Below are positions 45,148 through 55,172 of a stretch of DNA of 64,000 nucleotides, in pieces (position 1 is the stretch's first letter; the number at the start of each line of letters is the position of its first letter). A program made the translations under genes and the position numbers. The notes under the pieces are model-generated. The model saw only the letters and a list, made by a program, of their open reading frames with translations, ran no database searches and was not told where the DNA came from. Source of the DNA: a virus; the IMG/VR virus record IMGVR_UViG_3300029258_002856. The stretch is one strand, 5' to 3'.

Positions 45148-45880
45148 CGGCGGCTGTAGAATCATAACGACGCCCGACGATTGGCGCGGCCAACCCCTTC
45201 CGATACTCGAGGGGGAGAGCCCCCTTATTGCTCCTGGTACTCCTCTGGCAGTCATCGGTCTCTTCATGGCGGCAATCCGCTATCGCTTTACGGATCCCGG
45301 AAATGGTGAACCGCTGCCCTGGTACTGGGACATTGAGTTGACTCCCGAAAGCGAGTGCGAGGAGCCCGTGGACAACCGACAGAAGCTCCTCGTCGAAGCC
45401 GGATTCAACGTTGATTCTTCCTCTCGAAATTATCGCCCCGCTATTTATGTTGACCGCAATGGAGACGTTATTGCGACGAAGGTGGTTCTCGACAACCGTG
45501 CGGGCCAAGACCTTCCCAGTACCGAGAAGGCCTACTTTGCTCTGGCAGAATTTCCCCTCTTGATTGAATGCGATTCCGAGACGCCCGCAGAGTCTGCCAT
45601 CTTGGCGGACACGGTATGGTTTTTTCTTTTGGCTACCCGGGATGTGTATCGGGAGAACTTCGGACTCTACAACATCAGCGAGCCGACTCTAGGTCCTACC
45701 CGCCATGCGGAGTACGACAAAGAAATCTGGCAGACGACTATTCAATTCACTGTTCAGATTGAATTGCGGTGGGGCACTCGTCCGATTGCACCTCTCCTCC
45801 GGGACATTGCGGCGAAGATTCAAGACAGCGGCAACCCCGACGTATACTACCACCAGATAGCACTACGCGAATTCAGATGA
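45140..45880 (+). CDS. Putative tail terminator/completion protein
   Basis: Directly upstream of the sheath gene; YRPAIYV and FTVQI patterns. Confidence 0.45.
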   Translation: MSNGGCRIITTPDDWRGQPLPILEGESPLIAPGTPLAVIGLFMAAIRYRFTDPGNGEPLPWYWDIELTPESECEEPVDNRQKLLVEAGFNVDSSSRNYRPAIYVDRNGDVIATKVVLDNRAGQDLPSTEKAYFALAEFPLLIECDSETPAESAILADTVWFFLLATRDVYRENFGLYNISEPTLGPTRHAEYDKEIWQTTIQFTVQIELRWGTRPIAPLLRDIAAKIQDSGNPDVYYHQIALREFR

Positions 45881-45883
45881 GGA

Positions 45884-45893
45884 CCCTATAATT
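45884..45893 (+). promoter_or_regulatory. Late promoter -10 element
   Basis: CCCTATAATT, 41 nt upstream of the sheath ATG. No clear -35. Confidence 0.5.
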
Positions 45894-45932
45894 GGTCAGC
45901 GTTGAACGAAAATGACATCAAGGAGTTGACTC

Positions 45933-48707
45933 ATGGCGGTACAGCGACCAAACGTTCTTGTTTTTCAGGAGTACCAGACCATCTCGGTAGCTCCGGACAT
46001 CCCCGACTTGAACGTTCTTATCGTCGGTCCTTGCTATCAGCTTCTGGACTACCTGGACGATAAAGACGACATCTACGCGGCGGACTACGGTACGCTGGAC
46101 CAGTCGATGGCGGACTACGGGACTCCAGACCCAGTAGTTATCACTTCGCCACCGGACATCGAGGCCGGTGCTATCCTGGATTCGGAAAGCGTGAAGATTT
46201 TCTTCGATGAACTCCGCGCTGTACTCCTCCGTAACTCCAGTCCCGGTGTCGACGACGCAACCTTCTTCGCCGGGGACAACCTCTTCCTGGCCTGGAACGG
46301 GACCACAGGTGTGCACTTCGGTGTGGCCGGTGTCGAACCCGGGGACAAGCTCATCACGGAGAGTGGCCCTTCGTCGGCGGACTACATCAAGACCGTCAAG
46401 GCGTTGGCATACAAGCTCTGGGACCAGGGGGGCGGCGGTACCACTGTCGACTTCCAGGCTGCCGGAGTCGTAGCCGGGGACACCCTCGAGATTTTCGACG
46501 ACCAGGCTACCAACTCCCGCAACGGTACCTATCCCATCAAGGGTATCTGGCAGCAGGGCAACCCCCTGACGGAAGAGGCTACCGCGGTCGAGGTCGAAGG
46601 CGGTGCCCTCCTGGTCGGGCAGGTTGATGAGTGTCACATCCGGGTGACCTCTGCCGGGGGTACGGTCAAGATCGATACCTCCGACGACCCCAGCCCCTCG
46701 ACGCACCGCGTTGAACTGGGGGATTGGTGCCATGCTCGGATGACCACGGACTTCGGAACCGACAACCATGCTTCAGACCGCGACTGGCGTGTGGAGCGTG
46801 AGCTGGATGACATCGAGATTGACGACAGCTACGTGACCGTGGAGGGACAGGTCGTCACCGTCGATGAGCTCGGTACCGGGGTTGAGGTTGAGGTGAACGA
46901 GACGCTGGGCAACAAACCGGTGTCGTTTGCCGAAGTCTACATGGAGTACCGGGCTCTCCGTCAGGACCTCCAGCGCGTTATCGAAATCGATTCGGACCGG
47001 GCGATGGAAGATACGCTCGGGAAGCTCGACGCTCGCAATCCGCTGTACGTGGGGGCCTTCCTCGCTGCGCAGAACACCACGACTCCCGTGAAGGTTTACG
47101 GCGTTAAGTCGGATGACCTCTCGGGCTACAACGACTTCATCGACCGCATCAGCGCCGAGCGTGAAGTCTACGCCATCGTCCCCCTCACCTACGAGACCAG
47201 TGTTCTGGGCGTCTTGAAGGTGATGGCGGAGAACTACGCCGACCCGACCTACGTGCTGGACAACGGCATCCGGCAGAAGTTCCGGGTCATCCTCGGAGCG
47301 GTGGACCTTGTTACCCAGCAGTACGTCACCGCTGAGACAGGTGGGGCGTCCACCCAGCAGATTGCGACCCCCGCGCCGACCGGGAAGAAGACCCTTACCG
47401 TGGCCCCGGTGGACGGTGGAGGCCCCGTCGACCCGGGCTTCGATACGTTGCCGATGGTCCCGGGCCAGAAGGTACTCATCACCGATGTCGGTGGCGCTAC
47501 GACTTACGGCCCGTACACCGTGGCACATGTGAACGCCAGCGACATACTCGAGACGGACGAGGCGCTCAACGCAGCCATCGTCTCGGGGCTCGCGCTCTCA
47601 GCGGCGGGTGACAAGATCGAAGTATTCGAGGCGGACGGGACCACGCTGGTGACCTCCATCGAGGTCGGAGTGGCGGGCATCCTGTCCATTACTTTCACGG
47701 GGACGGACCTCGACCAGCTCTACAACACGCTCTACTGCCCGACTGCCACCTTCATCGATGACGGTATTATCCCCGGCGACATCGTGCAGATTCCGGAAGA
47801 CCCGGACAGCAACATCAGCTGGGACAACTACCAGTCATGGGTGGTTGCGTCTGTCGATTCCCAGACCCGACTCACCATCGTCAACAACGGGACGAACTCC
47901 TCGACGGTGGCGAACGAGCTTCCGCACCTCATCAAGAGGGATGGAACTCCAGTGGACCGGGACGTCACCAACGGTCAAATCTGGTTCCGGGTGCAGCGGA
48001 ACATGACCAAGAGCGAGCAGGTAACCTATATGGTTCAGGTCGCGCAGAGCTTCAGCAGCAAGCGCGTCGTGCTCGCCTACCCGGACGAGATCGATGTCAC
48101 GGACCTGGTGGACGGCAGCAAGGACCGCGGTACGGGGACCACTCCGGTGGCTGCGGACGCTCAGCCCGGGTACTACCTGGCGTGCTGCATCGGCGGTCAG
48201 ACTGCTGGTCAGCCCCCGCAACAGGGCTTCACGAATCTGGGCATCAACGGGGTCGACCGCATCTACAACTCGAGCGAATATTTCACCGAGGCTCAGCTCA
48301 CGGACCTGTCCAACGGCGGCGTGTACGTCTTCGTGCAAGACAACCCCGACGCGCTCCCCTACTCCATCCACGAGGTCACCACAGATGTGCTGGCGCTGGA
48401 GACGGGCGAGTACATGGTGGTGAAGGACTTCGACTTCGTTGCCTGGACGTTCCTCGACACGCTCTATCCGTTCATCGGACGGTGGAACATCAACAAGGAC
48501 ACCCTGGAATTCATCCGCAAGGCACTGTACGCGACGATTGCCAACCTGCAATCCCGCTACGTAGCGCGCATCGGCGCTCCGCTCATCGGGGCTACGGTGG
48601 ATGACGTGTTCCAGGCGACGGAACTCAGCAAGGACCGCGTGGAAGCGTACGTGAGCGTGGACTTGCCGATGACCTTGAACATCATCGGACTGCACTTGGT
48701 GGCGTAA
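45933..48707 (+). CDS. Contractile tail sheath protein with large insertion domains
   Basis: 924 aa. N-terminal RPNVLVFQE; C-terminal sheath-like YAIVPL, RVVLAYPD, YYLAC.IGG, QQGFTN, LSNGGVYVF, FIGRWNI, V.LPMTLN.I. Confidence 0.75.
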   Translation: MAVQRPNVLVFQEYQTISVAPDIPDLNVLIVGPCYQLLDYLDDKDDIYAADYGTLDQSMADYGTPDPVVITSPPDIEAGAILDSESVKIFFDELRAVLLRNSSPGVDDATFFAGDNLFLAWNGTTGVHFGVAGVEPGDKLITESGPSSADYIKTVKALAYKLWDQGGGGTTVDFQAAGVVAGDTLEIFDDQATNSRNGTYPIKGIWQQGNPLTEEATAVEVEGGALLVGQVDECHIRVTSAGGTVKIDTSDDPSPSTHRVELGDWCHARMTTDFGTDNHASDRDWRVERELDDIEIDDSYVTVEGQVVTVDELGTGVEVEVNETLGNKPVSFAEVYMEYRALRQDLQRVIEIDSDRAMEDTLGKLDARNPLYVGAFLAAQNTTTPVKVYGVKSDDLSGYNDFIDRISAEREVYAIVPLTYETSVLGVLKVMAENYADPTYVLDNGIRQKFRVILGAVDLVTQQYVTAETGGASTQQIATPAPTGKKTLTVAPVDGGGPVDPGFDTLPMVPGQKVLITDVGGATTYGPYTVAHVNASDILETDEALNAAIVSGLALSAAGDKIEVFEADGTTLVTSIEVGVAGILSITFTGTDLDQLYNTLYCPTATFIDDGIIPGDIVQIPEDPDSNISWDNYQSWVVASVDSQTRLTIVNNGTNSSTVANELPHLIKRDGTPVDRDVTNGQIWFRVQRNMTKSEQVTYMVQVAQSFSSKRVVLAYPDEIDVTDLVDGSKDRGTGTTPVAADAQPGYYLACCIGGQTAGQPPQQGFTNLGINGVDRIYNSSEYFTEAQLTDLSNGGVYVFVQDNPDALPYSIHEVTTDVLALETGEYMVVKDFDFVAWTFLDTLYPFIGRWNINKDTLEFIRKALYATIANLQSRYVARIGAPLIGATVDDVFQATELSKDRVEAYVSVDLPMTLNIIGLHLVA

Positions 48708-49342
48708 TGCACGACCTTTTCACCAAGCTGGGAGAAGCCTACGCGTTGAAAACGTGTGGGTATTCTCCTGCCCAGGTGAAGCAGGCCTTCATGCTCCGTG
48801 GGCTGACAGAAGCAGACGCTGATGGGCTGGTGAAGGAAGCGTGGTGGGGTGCCCTGGCTAAAGGGCTAGCTCGCGGGGCGGGGATGCTCGCTAAAGCCGT
48901 TGGCCGGGGTGGGGCAAAAGCCGTGGCTAAGGGTGCACCGTCGTTGAGTAAAATCAAACCCCTGGCGCAAGGTGCGGGAAAGATAGTACCGACGGCTAAG
49001 GGTGCACCGTCGGTGTTGACCTCCATGTCGACCATGCAGCGTACCGCAGGCCCACAGTCCAAGATGCTCCGTGGGATGTTACAGGGCGGCAAGTGGAGTC
49101 AGCGGGCTGGAGGAATGCTTCAGCGCGGGGGGCAAGCACTGAGCAGTGCCATGTCCGGGATGGCTCAAGCACCAGGACGTACGCTGTGGCGTGGAGGCGG
49201 GAACTTCATGCGTGGTATGATGTTCTCACCCCAGGCACGGGGAGTTGGCGGCGCTCTAGGAAAGGGAGTGTCCGCTTATTCGATGGGAAGCATGCTGCTG
49301 CCAGCGGGACAACCGCAAATGCCGCAGCCGCGTTACTACTAG
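48707..49342 (+). CDS. Gly-rich basic protein with K-x-A leader, putative internal virion protein
   Basis: Leader ends VKEA before WWGALAKG. A 19-bp direct repeat (48925-48943, 48994-49012) encodes AKGAPS twice. Confidence 0.6.
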   Translation: MHDLFTKLGEAYALKTCGYSPAQVKQAFMLRGLTEADADGLVKEAWWGALAKGLARGAGMLAKAVGRGGAKAVAKGAPSLSKIKPLAQGAGKIVPTAKGAPSVLTSMSTMQRTAGPQSKMLRGMLQGGKWSQRAGGMLQRGGQALSSAMSGMAQAPGRTLWRGGGNFMRGMMFSPQARGVGGALGKGVSAYSMGSMLLPAGQPQMPQPRYY

Positions 49343-49354
49343 GAGGATGCGAGG

Positions 49355-50107
49355 ATGACTCTCGGAATTACCAAAGGCGTAACCACCTGGGACTCGCAGC
49401 GCCACAACGTCGAACGACACATGGACAACGCTGCGTACACCTCGGCGCACCCTGATGATACGCTTGTCCTGGCGGGACCTCCCCGGTTTGATGACGTGAA
49501 GCAGGAAGACGTCAGCGGCTGGGCAAGCCTCCTGGCAATCGGAATGCTCCAGACGTTCCAGGTGACAAGCCAAAAGCCTACGCAGCCAATGGCCGCGATT
49601 GGTTCGGGTCGCTCGTTCTTCGTGAGCGGGAAGAGCCAGACCACATGGCGAATCGGGCGGCTCTTCACCAACGGGCGAAACCTGCTGCGAGTGCTCTACC
49701 ACAACGCAGTAGCCGGAGATGTCCCGGTCGAGAAGTTCGACGACCCACCGGTCCCCATCCCTGAAGGTCGGAACCTCACGAACTTCTACATCAACTTGGA
49801 CTCTGAGCTGTACTACGTGCCGTTCGGACTCGGGGTGATGTTCAAGGACAAGATTCATGACATCCTCGGTGCGTTTTACGCTGAGTTGTGCATGATTAAC
49901 ACCTACACCCTTGGCTTCACCGCCGGTCAGAACATGATTATGGAGGACGTGGGCGGCATGTGCGACCGGCTGTACCCGTTCGTACCGAGCGTCATCATCG
50001 GGGACCGCGTGGACCGCGTGACGGTGGATACCGTCATCGGCTTCGTAGGTGGCGACCCGACCGTCTCCGATTCCTTCGTCGACAACACCATCACTGACCA
50101 GCTCTAG
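49355..50107 (+). CDS. Tail tube protein (probable)
   Basis: AGGAGG RBS, beta-rich 250 aa after the sheath: IGMLQTFQVTSQKP...IGSGRSFF. Confidence 0.6.
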   Translation: MTLGITKGVTTWDSQRHNVERHMDNAAYTSAHPDDTLVLAGPPRFDDVKQEDVSGWASLLAIGMLQTFQVTSQKPTQPMAAIGSGRSFFVSGKSQTTWRIGRLFTNGRNLLRVLYHNAVAGDVPVEKFDDPPVPIPEGRNLTNFYINLDSELYYVPFGLGVMFKDKIHDILGAFYAELCMINTYTLGFTAGQNMIMEDVGGMCDRLYPFVPSVIIGDRVDRVTVDTVIGFVGGDPTVSDSFVDNTITDQL

Positions 50108-50140
50108 TTCTTCCCGGAGCTTCATGGTAATCTTTTCGCC

Positions 50141-51724
50141 ATGACTAACGGCTCCGACGACTACCAACGACTTCTACGTCTCAGCGGTGTAGCCGCCTCC
50201 GGTAACATCTACCCGCGTAGTGGAAGTGTCCTTGGTATCGTGGATTCCTACGACGATGCCACAAAAACGTACGTAGTCATTACTCAGGGCTCCAAGCTCG
50301 ACCCTGCCGATAGAGGACGGCGCAAGCACGAGGGTGTTCCTCGGATGACACAGGAGCCCGGGGATAACTCGGTACTCCCGGCCGATACCAACGTCGTCAT
50401 CGACTATTCTCTGGGTATCCCGGTCATCAAGGGTGTCATCGCCGCGAGTGCTAGCAAGTACATCACGGACGGGGCTCCCGACATAGCACCCCGCGTGGCA
50501 GGCCGCGACCCCGCAGACACCAGCTCTTCTTTTGGCCCGCAGTCCGGGTACTATCGTTCTCCTTCGGACCCGGTAGGACTCTTTACGGGCGACTGGTGTC
50601 GCGCCTCTCCAGACGGGAACTTCATCGCAGCTTTACGCGGTAAACTCTGCAAGGTGTTCGGCAATGAACAAGCCCAAGTCATCGTCTCGGGACTGCATAA
50701 TCTTGTACGGACAGTATGTGAGAATTACCAGCACTTCAGCAGCTTCGGCGAACTACGAATCGAAAACAACAACGGGCGCGTCAATCTTTCTTTCCGGGGG
50801 GCCGCTGACCAGCTCAACGAATCTGGTGGTGACCTCGAAAACTGGACGTTCCACCTCGACATCGGGGACAAGGGCCAGCTCTTCAATATGCGCATCACGT
50901 CGGCGGATGGCCGAATTGAACAGGCGCAGTTCAAGATTACGCCTGACGGGGAGGTCCGGCTCTTTGGCAAGACCGGCTTCGTTTTTCAGACGCCAGGGCG
51001 CAAATCCGAAACTATAGGTGGAGATTCCGTCACTCGCATTACGGGTGGGCGCAGGATGCTGGTCGAACAGACGGAGACCAAACAGGTTCGTGGGTCACGC
51101 GCCACTACCGTCAACGAGTCGGACTATGAGGTCGTAGGTAACGACCAGTCCGTGTCCATCAACCGAAACCAGACGCTGAGCGTGGGAGGCCAATTTACTG
51201 GACAGGTGTCGGGCGGCTCTCCCCTCGAAGCCAAGCCTACTAATGTCGCGTACAACATGCGCGTCTTGAATGGCAGTTACCAGCTCATCATCGGGGACAT
51301 CCTCTCGGGAGCGAATCCTCTTGCGTACGCCAGCTACCATCTCTTCGTGAACAACGGCCATGTTATCATCGGAGAAGACCCCCAGCACCCAGCTTCCGGA
51401 CTAGGAGGAGTATGTTCCGTCAATCTCAACACTCTCAGTCCGGGCTCGATTGGACTAGGGTGTATCGTACCTAGTGCAGGTCCGTTTCTCGGTAATGGCC
51501 CTGCGGCAAATTTCAATCCGCAGACTGACAGTGCGATGCTCTACAACAAATGGTTGGCATTTGCCAACACGCTGATTCAGCTACTGGACTCGCACATTCA
51601 CCAGACAGCATGGGGTCCTTCGCTTCCGGCGGAGGTACCACCTGGGACACAACAAGGGTTCAAAGCGGCCTTGTCCGGCTTGACAGCGCCGGTCAAAAGT
51701 ATCCGGGTTTTCATAGGGGCTTGA
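50141..51724 (+). CDS. Putative baseplate central spike (gp5/VgrG-like)
   Basis: OB-like N-terminus, beta-helix-like repeats (ETIGGDSVTRITGG...VVGNDQSVSINRNQTLSVGG), C-terminal H-x-H (SHIH). Confidence 0.55.
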   Translation: MTNGSDDYQRLLRLSGVAASGNIYPRSGSVLGIVDSYDDATKTYVVITQGSKLDPADRGRRKHEGVPRMTQEPGDNSVLPADTNVVIDYSLGIPVIKGVIAASASKYITDGAPDIAPRVAGRDPADTSSSFGPQSGYYRSPSDPVGLFTGDWCRASPDGNFIAALRGKLCKVFGNEQAQVIVSGLHNLVRTVCENYQHFSSFGELRIENNNGRVNLSFRGAADQLNESGGDLENWTFHLDIGDKGQLFNMRITSADGRIEQAQFKITPDGEVRLFGKTGFVFQTPGRKSETIGGDSVTRITGGRRMLVEQTETKQVRGSRATTVNESDYEVVGNDQSVSINRNQTLSVGGQFTGQVSGGSPLEAKPTNVAYNMRVLNGSYQLIIGDILSGANPLAYASYHLFVNNGHVIIGEDPQHPASGLGGVCSVNLNTLSPGSIGLGCIVPSAGPFLGNGPAANFNPQTDSAMLYNKWLAFANTLIQLLDSHIHQTAWGPSLPAEVPPGTQQGFKAALSGLTAPVKSIRVFIGA

Positions 51725-51756
51725 CCTTGTAGTTCCCTGAGGGGCACCCTATACTT
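51725..51756 (+). promoter_or_regulatory. Late promoter motif
   Basis: CCTTGTAG-N12-CACCCTATACTT, matching 38582-38613. Confidence 0.7.
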
Positions 51757-51795
51757 CCTGTGGCGTTTGAACCGTAAACAATTGGAGGGTTTGAG

Positions 51796-52629
51796 ATGCC
51801 CAAACTCATCATCATGGCGAAAGAAAAAGGCGACGTCATCGTCCAAGACCCGTTCCCGGCAGAAGGTCTGCTCACGCTGACCATCCCCAAGGGGACCTCC
51901 AAGGAGCTGGTTGTCAGCAAGGGGCAGCATCAGCGGATGAAGTACCAGCTGGCGGCGCTTGAGCTCAACGGCATGCTCACGTATGACGTGGAGTTCGAGG
52001 ACTTCGACACCCGGTCGGAGAACGCGGACTTGGAAGGCCTGCCCAACATCGACTACGTGACCACCAACACGGTCGCGGTAGCGGGGCAGACGGGAATCGA
52101 CATGTTCGGGCCGAACATCCAGGGCGAGAATGAGTTCGCGTCCCTGGTCATCGGCGACGCCGCATACCCGGACCGCTCCATCGAGGTCACCGCGCTGTTG
52201 CCCGGATATCAGGGCAACGAAATCAGCGTGGAGGTCGTCGACACGGGTGGTGGTGGCCTGAGCGTGGCTGTCGCAGCCAAAAAAATCACCGTCGACCAGG
52301 GAGGCTCGGGCTCCGATGCGACGACCGTGAAGGCGGCCATCGACGGGTACGCTGCGGCGGCAGCCCTCGTGACCACCGCACTGCTCGGAACGGGCGGCGA
52401 TGTCGTTGCGACGCAGGACGAGGCCTACCTGGAGGGTGGTCTCGGTGCGGGTATCTTCATCACCTGTGGGGGCTTCCCGTGCACCATCACGGCGGTTGAC
52501 CTCACCGTCTCGCCTCCGAAAATCACGTTCGACGTCCCGGCGCTGGCACCCATCGTCGCCTCACAGATGGTGGCACTCCAGCTGCGGTCAGGCGCGAAGC
52601 TCTACACGCTCTCGCTGCCCACGGTCTAA
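51796..52629 (+). CDS. Abundant structural protein with a sheath-domain-like beta module
   Basis: GGAGGG RBS and strong GC3 bias; IEVTALLPGYQGNEISVEVVD segment. Confidence 0.6.
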   Translation: MPKLIIMAKEKGDVIVQDPFPAEGLLTLTIPKGTSKELVVSKGQHQRMKYQLAALELNGMLTYDVEFEDFDTRSENADLEGLPNIDYVTTNTVAVAGQTGIDMFGPNIQGENEFASLVIGDAAYPDRSIEVTALLPGYQGNEISVEVVDTGGGGLSVAVAAKKITVDQGGSGSDATTVKAAIDGYAAAAALVTTALLGTGGDVVATQDEAYLEGGLGAGIFITCGGFPCTITAVDLTVSPPKITFDVPALAPIVASQMVALQLRSGAKLYTLSLPTV

Positions 52630-52670
52630 GAGCTAAAAGAACCGTTGTTCCCGGTTCTTCTTGCTGCGGG

Positions 52671-52705
52671 CTCTGGCCCCCCTTCTCGGGGGGCTAGAGT
52701 TTTTT
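52671..52705 (+). terminator. Rho-independent terminator between convergent genes
   Basis: CTCTGGCCCCCC-TTCTC-GGGGGGCTAGAG followed by TTTTTT. Confidence 0.8.
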
Positions 52706-53397
52706 TAGACCAGACCTCGATGGCTGGCTACCGCCTCGAACTCCTCGAGCTTGTCGCTCGCCACACTCACTCCCACCCGTAAGGCCGGTGTAGGGTACCG
52801 GTACCGCTTCCGGTTCTCGTCAATGAACAATTTCTTGGTCCAGTAGTGTTTTCGGGTGATGCTCTTGTAGTTGGCGTCCCTCACCGCCAGGACGGAATCT
52901 ATCAGCTCTCCCGTTGATAGCTTGCGGATGTGGACCACCTCCCCTTCCGCGTTCATCCAGCGGTCGATGTCATCCACGAACTCCCAATCCTCTACGGCGT
53001 AAACGTATTTGGACTCTTCTTCGACGGGTTCCTGGGCCGGTGGTGCAGGGTCCTGTTGTCGCTGGTACTCAACTCTCAACTCATCGAGCCAGGAATAGAA
53101 CTTGCACTTCTGTTCGAGCCCGGGGGGCTTAATGAACAACTCCTCCATGTCCAGTTCCGGGATGTCGCGTGGGTCCTTCCCGTCTTCCAGCGCATCTCGG
53201 ATATCACCGCACATCTCCTTGCACTTCTTCCGACCGCAGATAGGGAGGAAGTACGACGCGCCATCTTCACGGGGAGCCACAAGTTCTGCTTTGGCGTCTC
53301 CCTGGCACGTCTGTACTTCCCCCTTTATCTCCCGCCGAACACAACACATCTGGTACTTGATGACATCCAGGTACAGATAGTGACTACGGTCAACCAT
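52705..53397 (-). CDS. Hypothetical Cys-containing protein
   Basis: Start at MVDRSH (53397) after AGGAGG. Confidence 0.7.
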   Translation of the reverse strand: MVDRSHYLYLDVIKYQMCCVRREIKGEVQTCQGDAKAELVAPREDGASYFLPICGRKKCKEMCGDIRDALEDGKDPRDIPELDMEELFIKPPGLEQKCKFYSWLDELRVEYQRQQDPAPPAQEPVEEESKYVYAVEDWEFVDDIDRWMNAEGEVVHIRKLSTGELIDSVLAVRDANYKSITRKHYWTKKLFIDENRKRYRYPTPALRVGVSVASDKLEEFEAVASHRGLV

Positions 53398-53451
53398 GTT
53401 CCCTCCTAGCAAAAAGAGAGCGACGAATGTCACTCTCTCCCGACCGGGACC

Positions 53452-53904
53452 CTAGCCGGTCTTGCGCTGCTTGTCGGCCTCGATCTGCTCCCGGAGCTGC
53501 TTCTCCTTGGCGTACTCCTTGGACGCCTCGAAGATGTACTTGGCGAACTCCGGGTCCGAGGCGAAGAGCTCGAGGACGGCGACGTTGGTGTCCTCCCCGG
53601 CGACCTCTTCCAGGTCGCTGAGGATCTTCTCCATCGCCTTCTCGTTGCGGTCCTTCAGCTCCTTCTGCGCCTTCTCGTACGAGGTCGGCAGCTTGACGAC
53701 GTTGTACTCCGTCGCGTTCTTGTCGGCCTGGAGCTTGGAGTCGGCCCGGACCGCGTGCTGCCGCTCGACGTACGTGCCGCTGGCGGTCTTCACGAGGTCG
53801 TCCTTCTTCCGACCGCGACGCCCGAGAGCGAACCCTCCGGCCCCCGCGCCCACCGCTGTGGCCAACACGCCACCGACGATTGCGAGTACTTTTCCTGCGC
53901 CCAT
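53452..53904 (-). CDS. N-terminally membrane-anchored coiled-coil protein
   Basis: Start MGAGKVLAIV after AGGAGG; Gly-rich TM followed by RRGRKK; near-exclusive GC3 codons. Confidence 0.75.
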   Translation of the reverse strand: MGAGKVLAIVGGVLATAVGAGAGGFALGRRGRKKDDLVKTASGTYVERQHAVRADSKLQADKNATEYNVVKLPTSYEKAQKELKDRNEKAMEKILSDLEEVAGEDTNVAVLELFASDPEFAKYIFEASKEYAKEKQLREQIEADKQRKTG

Positions 53905-54003
53905 GTCACACCTCCTGTATTGCCCGCAGAATTGCGGGTCTTTTTGGGTAGCGGAACCGCTTCCCTGTAGCCTATTTTCTTCTACCAAATTGCACTGTCG
54001 TTT

Positions 54004-54186
54004 TTAGCTACTTTTTCGCTTTGTGCTTAGTCGAGTGACGTTTGACCCCCGAGAGGACCCGTCGCCTATCTGTTTCTTTCCTACTGTCTCGTCCACTGCG
54101 ATTGTTGCTGCTTCCTTTAATGCTTCGGCGATTGCTACTTTTCCGGCGGCTATCAAAACCCGTTTAAGTGCGTCTCGCCAATCCAT
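54004..54186 (-). CDS. 60-aa hypothetical protein
   Basis: AGGAG RBS; amphipathic N-terminal helix. Confidence 0.6.
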   Translation of the reverse strand: MDWRDALKRVLIAAGKVAIAEALKEAATIAVDETVGKKQIGDGSSRGSNVTRLSTKRKSS

Positions 54187-54223
54187 TGTGTGCGACTCCT
54201 TTCTTTGTTATCGTTTTGGGGCT

Positions 54224-54472
54224 ATGTGGACGAAGGATGTAAAACCAGGAAGAGACCTGGAACACCTGGGGCTGATAACAGCCCGTTTGGCGCGTATTGT
54301 TTTATACCAAAAAATCGCTCGGGGTGAGGCTCAGCTGCGCGCTGCGGGCATCGATGCGAAGCTCTTGACGGCCTTCCGGGCGGCTGCCTTGAAAGAAGTA
54401 CGCTTGAAACGCAAGCCCGTCCGCGTTTCTCCTGACGTAGTATTTACTAGCAGGGGAAAGATGGACTTCTGA
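54224..54472 (+). CDS. Basic hypothetical protein
   Basis: Start MWTKDV within the longer track ORF; abuts the 54474 gene. Confidence 0.45.
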   Translation: MWTKDVKPGRDLEHLGLITARLARIVLYQKIARGEAQLRAAGIDAKLLTAFRAAALKEVRLKRKPVRVSPDVVFTSRGKMDF

Positions 54473-54473
54473 G

Positions 54474-55172
54474 ATGACCATAACGATTGAACAAGGCCAG
54501 GAGACGGCCTTCATAATGGCCGGGAAGATGCGTCCGCGCTACTCCGAGGCCGACCGTTTCTATGGTGCGCACCTCGACCGGTATCTCGGCGATACCCCCC
54601 GTAATATCGCCGTCTCTCACATCTTGCGAATCAACCCACGTCTCCATCGCATCCCCCGGTACCGAAAGGGATATGTCCGGGGCTTCATGCGCGCGACCAT
54701 CGAAGCTGCTCGGGAAGCCGGGGTCGAGTGGGACAAGCTCAAGGACCCCAACCTCTGTGCCTACGTCTGGTTGCGCTACTTCAACAAAGAATCTCTTGAA
54801 CTCTACCAGAACAACGAAGGCATCTTCTCCTCCTATGGGGAGGAATTTTGGAGGTGTGCATACCTCCTCGATGCCATCGGGGAGTCCGCATTCAGCTACT
54901 TCTGGGCTAAGGCCGCTCCCACCTCCGCAACTCTCGACGTCTACTCGGAGCTGCTTTACGCAGTAAACTCCAACAAGAAACAATTCGGGGATGTCACCGC
55001 CCAGCAGATGAAGGTGCTTGTGTTCAAGGAGTGTGAGTTCGTCTTCCAATTGGCTAAGATTATTGCAGGACGTATCCAGTCTGCTGGGCCAGGGAAAGAA
55101 CCCATTCCGCCAACCGCAGATATTTCGACGTTCTTTACACAGGGGAAGGTGACACGTGGCGAACGTCGGTGA
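54474..55172 (+). CDS. Hypothetical protein
   Basis: 232 aa, aromatic-rich, co-directional with the next gene. Confidence 0.65.
   Translation: MTITIEQGQETAFIMAGKMRPRYSEADRFYGAHLDRYLGDTPRNIAVSHILRINPRLHRIPRYRKGYVRGFMRATIEAAREAGVEWDKLKDPNLCAYVWLRYFNKESLELYQNNEGIFSSYGEEFWRCAYLLDAIGESAFSYFWAKAAPTSATLDVYSELLYAVNSNKKQFGDVTAQQMKVLVFKECEFVFQLAKIIAGRIQSAGPGKEPIPPTADISTFFTQGKVTRGERR

Noticed and set aside
53922-53945. Terminator-like hairpin GCCCGCA/TGCGGGT plus T-run on the plus strand
   Set aside because: No plus-strand gene lies upstream. It may only block antisense read-through, so the evidence is too weak to annotate.
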